DNA from: Promethearchaeota archaeon
GTDB lineage: Archaea > Asgardarchaeota > Hermodarchaeia > Hermodarchaeales > Hermodarchaeaceae
Assembly (NCBI GenBank): GCA_048938295.1
Contig: JBHLMI010000043.1
Location: forward strand, 1-12,950
DNA length: 12,950 bases
Reading direction: 5' to 3'
The position numbers and the translations under genes were made by a program. Shown piece by piece: positions 7,463-12,950 of the stretch. The notes beneath the pieces are model-generated. The model did no database searches, was not told the DNA's origin, and saw only the letters and a list, made by a program, of their open reading frames with translations. Numbering within the stretch: the first letter of the stretch is position 1; every line of letters begins with the position of its first letter.

Positions 7463-8473
7463 ATGCGCCAATTTCAGATAACGCTCCCCGAAGAAAAAGT
7501 TGGAGAAGTAATGGAGTTTCTCGAAGAGAAAGAGGCTGTGCGTAATATCGCCAAGATTCATACAGCTCCCGGGTTCATGCTCATCTTCCGTGTTTCAGAC
7601 GCAAAGAGTTCACTAATTCTTACAGCCCTTGAAGCCATCGGAGTCGGCGTTCACTATGGTATAATCGACGTGTTGCCCGTTGAAGCTAGCAAACCCATGA
7701 CTGAGGACAAGGATAGCATCAAACCAACCGAACGCCTTTCCGTCGAAGAAATCTATAGCAAAATCGCTTCTGGCACACGCCTTTCTTTTGACTTTCTAGC
7801 CCTCCTCGTCGTTTCATGTATTATCGCTGCTATCGGACTAGCCACTAATAGCCCTGTGTTCATTGTCGCAGGCATGCTTCTTGCCCCTCTGATGGGTCCG
7901 ATTCTCGGACTCAGTTTTGGAGTACTCATCAGAGACCGACGCCTTGTCACGACAGGTATTAAGAATGAAGCCCTAGGGCTCGCTATCGCTGTTATTATGG
8001 GTCTCATTATGGGCGCTGTCCTTATTCCGTTGACTCTTATTTCTGGATGGCCGTGGCCCTGGCCTACTGCAGAAATGGTTGCTCGAGCATCTCTGTGGCT
8101 GCTTGCTCTCGGAATCGTTGTTGCCGCTGCCTCAGGTGCGGGTGTAGCCCTCGGCGCCACAAGGGGTGATATTGGTAGCCTTGTCGGCGTCGCCATCGCT
8201 GCATCTTTGATGCCTCCAGCAGTTAATGCCGGAATGAACGTCATCTATGCAATCTTGTCTTTCATCCAGGGCAACATTCTTATGTTTTACTTTGGATTAG
8301 ATGTCGCTGGACTAAGCTTCGTTCTTGTCCTCATGAACATCCTTCTCATGAACATCGTCGCCATGGCCGTCTTCAAACTCAAACAGGTTGCTCCAATCAA
8401 GAGTAAATCCATCTTTTGGCACGATCTTCCGCAGCTGGATAAACGACGGCGAGACGAGCTCTGGCACCGATAA
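7463..8473 (+). CDS. DUF389 / TIGR00341-type integral membrane protein with a small N-terminal soluble domain
   Basis: IAAIGLATNSPVFIVAGMLLAPLMGPI and LVGVAIAASLMPPAVNAG motifs, about 7 hydrophobic segments. Confidence 0.85.
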   Translation: MRQFQITLPEEKVGEVMEFLEEKEAVRNIAKIHTAPGFMLIFRVSDAKSSLILTALEAIGVGVHYGIIDVLPVEASKPMTEDKDSIKPTERLSVEEIYSKIASGTRLSFDFLALLVVSCIIAAIGLATNSPVFIVAGMLLAPLMGPILGLSFGVLIRDRRLVTTGIKNEALGLAIAVIMGLIMGAVLIPLTLISGWPWPWPTAEMVARASLWLLALGIVVAAASGAGVALGATRGDIGSLVGVAIAASLMPPAVNAGMNVIYAILSFIQGNILMFYFGLDVAGLSFVLVLMNILLMNIVAMAVFKLKQVAPIKSKSIFWHDLPQLDKRRRDELWHR

Positions 8474-8526
8474 CGAGCTGAGTGCACTTCATCACCACCG
8501 AATCGGTGCCCTCTTTCCTCTCTTTT
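8463..8526 (+). terminator. Possible terminator: inverted repeat followed by a pyrimidine tract
   Basis: GGCACCGAT (8463-8471) pairs with ATCGGTGCC (8502-8510); alternative short hairpin CACCG-AAT-CGGTG (8496-8508); then CTCTTTCCTCTCTTTT (8511-8526). Confidence 0.4.
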
Positions 8527-8574
8527 ATGCTAGTTTTCATGCGTAATGCTTAAGAGCTGTTGAATGTGTCTAAC

Positions 8575-8599
8575 TTATAATATGCACCATCATGCATAT
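8575..8599 (+). promoter_or_regulatory. TATA-like box abutting a perfect palindrome, candidate operator of the ECF operon
   Basis: TTATAA at 8575-8580 overlaps by 1 nt ATATGCA-CCATCA-TGCATAT (8580-8599), 36 nt before the ATG at 8636. Confidence 0.5.
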
Positions 8600-8635
8600 C
8601 TTAACTAGTCCTGTAACTAGCCGGGGTTTCAAACC

Positions 8636-9748
8636 ATGTCAAAAATGGATCAAAGTGTCAAATACGGCCTTGTTATCGTCATCATTGCAATCATAGTCGC
8701 AGCAGGCGCGATTCTCGGAATAAGCCTCCTGACGAACCCACCGGCTGAGCCACCACAAACCGGCGAAGTCAATGTTCAGGTAATCAATGATGACAACACA
8801 TTCAACCTCAATTACTCAACTCTACTCACTCTAACCTCAATTGAAGGAAGTTCATCATACCAAAATCGATTTGGTAACTGGCGCGGAATTGGAACCTATA
8901 TTGGTGCACCCCTGTCTTCGATTGTTGGGCTTGTTGGAGGAATGGACAACAACGACCTCATCAGGGTCAATGCAACCGATGGTTATTCCCAATACTACAC
9001 CTACGACAATCTCTACCCCAATTCCTCGTTTAGTACTATACAAGGTGATCTGGTCCTTGCATACTCCTATAATGAAACAACACCTACCTCATGGGCTGAT
9101 GGTCCCCAATCAGCTTTCATTCCTGTAGATGGGGCCTTTAGCAACGAGGATGCCAACCAGACGACTCATCCTGCGTTCTTCTTCGGCAGCGCTGGTGCCC
9201 GATGGGTAAGAAATGTTGCATCGATTGAAGTCATCCATGATGTCTACATTGACAGTAAATTCCATGTGACCATCGTCGACGGAGACGACGAACGTGATGT
9301 CTATCTTGTAGATCTCGCTCTAATGAATAACCTAGAAGGATTTACAGGTTATCAAACAGGGGGTTTGTCTTGGCCAGGAAATGGCACATACAGGGGGGTT
9401 CTAATCTCAAAAATTGTTGAATTGGTCACCACAATCGAGGCCGATGATATTGTCAAAGTTATTGCTGCTGACGGATATAACCAGTCCTTTACTCATTACA
9501 ATCTCTATCCGAATTCAACGATTTCCCTTATTCAGGGTGATTTGATCTTGGCCTATGTTTTTAATGGTACAATGGTTACTGACTGGACTGAAGGTCCAAA
9601 GATAATCTTCTTGGCTCCTGATGGAGCCTACAGCAATACGGATGCGAGTCTCACAACAGAGCCCGCCTTCTTCTATGGCAGTGCAGGATCTCGATGTGTG
9701 AAAAATGTCGCAATTATTGAAGTTATCCGTAATGGGTTCCCTCCCTAG
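8636..9748 (+). CDS. N-terminally membrane-anchored extracellular protein with two tandem sulfite-oxidase/Moco-binding-like domains; probable ECF accessory binding protein
   Basis: Hydrophobic aa 11-32 and Pro-rich linker, then two repeats with the TYxG...A(T/A)DGY...LAY..N....GP...GxRxV(K/R)NV..IEV pattern typical of oxidoreductase molybdopterin-binding domains; 9 N-x-S/T sequons. Confidence 0.7.
   Translation: MSKMDQSVKYGLVIVIIAIIVAAGAILGISLLTNPPAEPPQTGEVNVQVINDDNTFNLNYSTLLTLTSIEGSSSYQNRFGNWRGIGTYIGAPLSSIVGLVGGMDNNDLIRVNATDGYSQYYTYDNLYPNSSFSTIQGDLVLAYSYNETTPTSWADGPQSAFIPVDGAFSNEDANQTTHPAFFFGSAGARWVRNVASIEVIHDVYIDSKFHVTIVDGDDERDVYLVDLALMNNLEGFTGYQTGGLSWPGNGTYRGVLISKIVELVTTIEADDIVKVIAADGYNQSFTHYNLYPNSTISLIQGDLILAYVFNGTMVTDWTEGPKIIFLAPDGAYSNTDASLTTEPAFFYGSAGSRCVKNVAIIEVIRNGFPP
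8768..9727 (+). repeat. Intragenic tandem domain duplication, about 156 aa units with a 164 aa period
   Basis: aa 45-200 versus aa 209-364 share GTYxG, DGYxQ, NLYPNS, IQGDLxLAY, WxxGP, DGAxSNxDA, PAFFxGSAGxRxVxNVAxIEVI. Confidence 0.9.
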
Positions 9749-9768
9749 TAATTGAATGATGTGAAGAA

Positions 9769-10821
9769 ATGAACAGCTCCGCTTCCACCTATTATTTCAC
9801 AACCCGTGATCTTGTCACGATCGCTGTGCTCAGTGCACTGGGCGGAGCGTTAAGCACCTTTGTAAGTTATATCGGGCAGCTCTTTAACGCCGCCGTCGGT
9901 ACTCCATTCGGCGCTGGACAGTTTCTGAGTGGCTTACATGTGTTCTGGATTATTTTGGCTGCTGGCTTAATCCGCAAAACCGGTGCTGCGACTGCAACTG
10001 GTCTGCTCAAAGGATTTGTCGAATTCTTCACAGGAAGCACGCATGGAATCATTGTTGTTCTAATCTCTCTTATCCAGGGTCTCATCATTGACATCGGTTT
10101 CTATGCAATTAAACAACAGGATTCTCTTCCAATTTGGACATTAATCGGAGGTTTCGCAGCCGCCTCCAATGTCATTGTTTTTCAGCTGTTCTTCTTCTCT
10201 GGGGCCCCCCTGATATTCTTGGCCCTTCTCGTCATTTTAGCCTTTGCATCTGGGATCATCTTTGCTGGTTATTTTGGGCATGCTACCACCCTCCTTGTCT
10301 TAGAATCCAGAATTTATCGCAGAGCTGCTACAATGAACACTGTAACGCCAAAATCCCCATGGCGACGTCTTGGTCCTTATCGTCTTTCTGCGCTAATCTT
10401 TTTGATTGTGATTGCCTTCGGAGCGAGTCTTTATGCTGTCTTTGTATGGCGTCCTGTTCTTGATTCTCTCAGCTGCGAAGTTGTGGGCCAAGTATCCCAT
10501 CCATTCCGGTTTTCATATTTTAGCTACTCGAGTCAAGAAGTGACAATCGAAGCAGAACTCATCGGCTCGGTCACCCATCTTCCTCCGCAAAATTACACTG
10601 GGATACCTCTGCCTGTCATCCTTGCTGACGCTCAACCCGCCACATCTGCGACTACGCTTCAGGTTATATCCTATGATGGTTATAGGGCTACCTTCAATCT
10701 CACCGCGGTACTAAGCGATTCAGAAATCATCCTGGTAATCGATGATGGACTCCGTCTGGTAGCAAAGAATTACCCAGGATGGTTCTGGGTGCAGAAGGTC
10801 GTCAGCTTTGTCATCATTTAA
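9769..10821 (+). CDS. ECF transporter S component fused via an extra TM helix to a C-terminal Moco-binding-like domain
   Basis: TRDLVTIAVLSAL (AxxxA in TM1), RKTGAA loop, about 6 TM helices, basic linker RIYRR..WRR, a seventh TM, then EVVGQV..P...NYTGIPL...SYDGY...GLRLV...GWFWVQKV. Confidence 0.8.
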   Translation: MNSSASTYYFTTRDLVTIAVLSALGGALSTFVSYIGQLFNAAVGTPFGAGQFLSGLHVFWIILAAGLIRKTGAATATGLLKGFVEFFTGSTHGIIVVLISLIQGLIIDIGFYAIKQQDSLPIWTLIGGFAAASNVIVFQLFFFSGAPLIFLALLVILAFASGIIFAGYFGHATTLLVLESRIYRRAATMNTVTPKSPWRRLGPYRLSALIFLIVIAFGASLYAVFVWRPVLDSLSCEVVGQVSHPFRFSYFSYSSQEVTIEAELIGSVTHLPPQNYTGIPLPVILADAQPATSATTLQVISYDGYRATFNLTAVLSDSEIILVIDDGLRLVAKNYPGWFWVQKVVSFVII

Positions 10822-12391
10822 CGACTCCTCTACCGCATCAGTTCCACTAATTCGAATTTCGAATTTAACCTATACCTATGAGGGAAGCGACCAGCCTGCT
10901 GTACGTGATATTAATCTGGCACTTCATCAAGGCGAGTTCACTATCCTTGCAGGACCCAGTGGTTGTGGTAAAAGCACCTTAGCTCGTTGCCTCACAGGAT
11001 TTATTCCTCATGAATATCTGGGCAAATTCCAAGGCACCATCACAATCCGAGACCAAGATACCCGCTCTCTTCCAATTCATGATTTAGCCAAATCAGTCAG
11101 TCTTATTCAACAAGATCCCGACAGTCAATTTGTGACACTCAACGTCACTAACGAAGTTGCATTTGGATTGGAGAACTTCCAGCACTCTCCAGAAACAATT
11201 GAACCACGCATCGAATGGGCACTAAGAGCAGCAAATGCAGAAAATCTGCAATCTCGTAACACCCACACCCTCTCAGGCGGCGAAAAACAGAAAGTCATCA
11301 TCTCTTCGTTTATTGCACTACAGTCTCCCGTCCTTATTTTAGATGAGCCGACCGCTAGACTCGATCCTCAAACAGCAACGGAAGTTCTCACAACCCTCCA
11401 ACAATTGCATAATCAAGGTGCCACAATACTAGTAATTGAACACCGAATCCAACCCTTTCTCTCCTCCGCTTCCCGCGTCCTTCTTATGAATGAAGGAACA
11501 ATTACTTACGACGGTAGTCCAACCCAACTCTCAACAGATCCTGCACCCCTCAACGATTTGGGTGTGTATCTGCAACCATCAATCTTTTCGGAGGCTATTC
11601 AACAAAGGGCACAACCTGAAAGAGAAATATTGAGGGTTCGTGGCCTTACTTTCACTTATCCGCGGATTGAAGAACAGGTCTCTCCGCGTCCTGCCTTGGA
11701 GAATCTGACCTTCTCACTTCACCCAGGAGAAATTATAGCATTGATGGGTGCAAATGGGTCAGGAAAATCAACACTCCTCCTCCAGCTTATGGGCTTATTA
11801 GCACCCGATGCTGGAGCGGTTCATCTTAACCAACAGAATATCCATGCGCAACCAGTTTCTCAGCTAGCTCGTCAGATAGGATTCATTTTCCAAAATCCTC
11901 TCCATCAGATATTCGCCTCCACCGTGAAGGAAGAAGTGCTGCTTGCTACGAAACATCTCGGACTCTCCGAATCCCGGGAAATTGAACTCCGCGCAGAGCA
12001 ACTAATATGTAACTTTGGCCTCCTCAAGTATCAAGATCAATCCCCCTATACTTTGAGTCTGGGAGAGCAGCGTCGACTAACCATTGCTTCTATCCTGGTC
12101 CACAAGCCTCAGGTACTCTTACTCGATGAACCTTTCATTGGTCAGGATTATCGCAATGTGCATCGTCTCATGAGTGTCATCCGAAGTGAAGCTGCTCAGG
12201 GAACCACGGTGTTACTCGCCACCCATGATACAGCAATCGCTGAAACCTACTGCTCACGCCTTTTGTTCCTATTTGATGGGCGACTCCTCATCGACACTCA
12301 CGTTAAGCAAGGACTGGAATACCTTGCCCTATTTGACCAATCCAGAGTTAGCCTCGAACCAAGGTCGTTGGAGGTCGAAGCTGAAGAATGA
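10808..12391 (+). CDS. ecfA: ECF transporter ATPase with two fused ABC domains (EcfA-A' type)
   Basis: Walker A GPSGCGKST and GANGSGKST; Q-loops QQDPDSQF and FQNPLHQI; signatures LSGGEKQ and LSLGEQRR; Walker B LILDEPT and LLLDEPF; H-switches IEH and ATHD. The TTG start overlaps the S-component stop, so the exact start is uncertain. Confidence 0.93.
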   Translation: MSSFNDSSTASVPLIRISNLTYTYEGSDQPAVRDINLALHQGEFTILAGPSGCGKSTLARCLTGFIPHEYLGKFQGTITIRDQDTRSLPIHDLAKSVSLIQQDPDSQFVTLNVTNEVAFGLENFQHSPETIEPRIEWALRAANAENLQSRNTHTLSGGEKQKVIISSFIALQSPVLILDEPTARLDPQTATEVLTTLQQLHNQGATILVIEHRIQPFLSSASRVLLMNEGTITYDGSPTQLSTDPAPLNDLGVYLQPSIFSEAIQQRAQPEREILRVRGLTFTYPRIEEQVSPRPALENLTFSLHPGEIIALMGANGSGKSTLLLQLMGLLAPDAGAVHLNQQNIHAQPVSQLARQIGFIFQNPLHQIFASTVKEEVLLATKHLGLSESREIELRAEQLICNFGLLKYQDQSPYTLSLGEQRRLTIASILVHKPQVLLLDEPFIGQDYRNVHRLMSVIRSEAAQGTTVLLATHDTAIAETYCSRLLFLFDGRLLIDTHVKQGLEYLALFDQSRVSLEPRSLEVEAEE

Positions 12392-12950
12392 AAATGCGAA
12401 CCTCCTCCTTTGGCTATATACAACGTGACTCCTTTGTTCATCGACTCAACCCACTGACTAAATTCACTGTACTCATTCTCATCGTGATTTTAGCTGTCAC
12501 GTTGGTCTCCGATATCGTAGCCCTGTGCATCTTTGGCTTCCTGCTTCTAGGCTTCATCGGTGCGGGGATTAGTCTCCGGTATGCAATCGGGCGCCTTCGT
12601 CGGCTTTTAACCTTCGTACTCCTCATAGCCTTGGTTCAACTCCTTTTCACACCCAATGGAGTCGTTCTTTTCTACTTTATTCCGCCACTTGCCCCAGGAT
12701 TTGGTCCATTCTTCCCTATTACGACCGTCGGAATATCCAATGCTTTCAATCTCGCCTTCCGTCTCATAAATATTGTATTAGCAAGTGCGCTGTTTGTTGC
12801 ATCAACCGATCCCAGCCGTTTTGCCGCCGCCTTAACCTCAATTCGAATCCCTTATCGTTATGGATATACTCTTGTTCTTGCCTTACGGTTAGTTCCACTT
12901 TTTGATGAAGAATCCAATACGGTTCAGTCCGCCCAACGAGCCCGAGGAAT
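12388..12950 (+). CDS. ecfT: ECF transporter transmembrane T component, partial (runs off the right edge)
   Basis: Not in the ORF track. ATGA overlap with the ATPase stop and GGAGGT RBS at 12370-12375. Translation: MKMRTSSFGYIQRDSFVHRLNPLTKF...ASTDPSRFAAAL...IPYRYGYTLVLALRLVPLFDEE..TVQSAQRARG, with EcfT hallmarks HRLNPLTK, LALRLVP and the ARG motif. Confidence 0.93.
   Translation, partial: MKMRTSSFGYIQRDSFVHRLNPLTKFTVLILIVILAVTLVSDIVALCIFGFLLLGFIGAGISLRYAIGRLRRLLTFVLLIALVQLLFTPNGVVLFYFIPPLAPGFGPFFPITTVGISNAFNLAFRLINIVLASALFVASTDPSRFAAALTSIRIPYRYGYTLVLALRLVPLFDEESNTVQSAQRARG

Noticed and set aside
7753-8244. 163 aa minus-strand ORF rich in A/P/T/R/I/M
   Set aside because: Antisense shadow of the hydrophobic DUF389 coding region.
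8474-8560. TPP or Moco riboswitch upstream of the ECF operon (GCTGAG near 8477, TAATGC near 8544)
   Set aside because: The TPP core elements ACCTGA and GCGNAGG and the P1-P5 pairing are absent, there is no recognisable Moco-RNA architecture, and the likely promoter (8575) lies downstream of this stretch. An Infernal/Rfam scan would settle it.
2457-9748. Pyrrolysine or selenocysteine read-through at TAG/TGA stops (2457, 3136, 5566, 9746)
   Set aside because: Each is followed by another in-frame stop immediately or within a few codons, and the proteins look complete.
420-12626. Remaining short track ORFs of 60-115 aa (e.g. 1723-2070, 2042-2383, 2937-3143, 8841-9128, 10134-10463, 12174-12428, 12438-12626)
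   Set aside because: All overlap confidently assigned CDSs in other frames or strands and show no recognisable motifs.

Overview
Gene-dense window from an anaerobic archaeon. The evidence is fwdA, a DUF389 gene, an N-glycosylation-sequon-rich surface protein and BRE/TATA-like promoters; an Asgard-type or similar lineage is plausible but not determinable here. Left to right: a 5' gene fragment missing from the ORF track (minus, 1-229, ATP-cone-like), an MBL-fold hydrolase, and a threonine-synthase-like PLP enzyme. These are followed by a minus-strand run of fwdA, a MurL-like PP-loop/Cys-cluster protein, a D-Ala-D-Ala-ligase-like ATP-grasp enzyme and a GNAT acetyltransferase. Next come a DUF389 membrane protein and an ECF transporter operon (surface protein, S component, fused double ATPase, partial EcfT). 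Two candidate undescribed systems stand out. (1) A putative D-amino-acid peptide or cofactor-tail tailoring operon (MurL-like epimerase, Ddl-like ligase, GNAT) behind a lone fwdA, in an organism not expected to make peptidoglycan. (2) An ECF importer with three extracellular sulfite-oxidase/Moco-binding-like domains lacking the catalytic Cys, one fused to the S component, preceded by a perfect 7-6-7 palindrome; this may be a Mo/W-pterin scavenging system. All family assignments are motif recognition by eye, not database searches. No rRNA, tRNA, CRISPR or mobile element was recognised.
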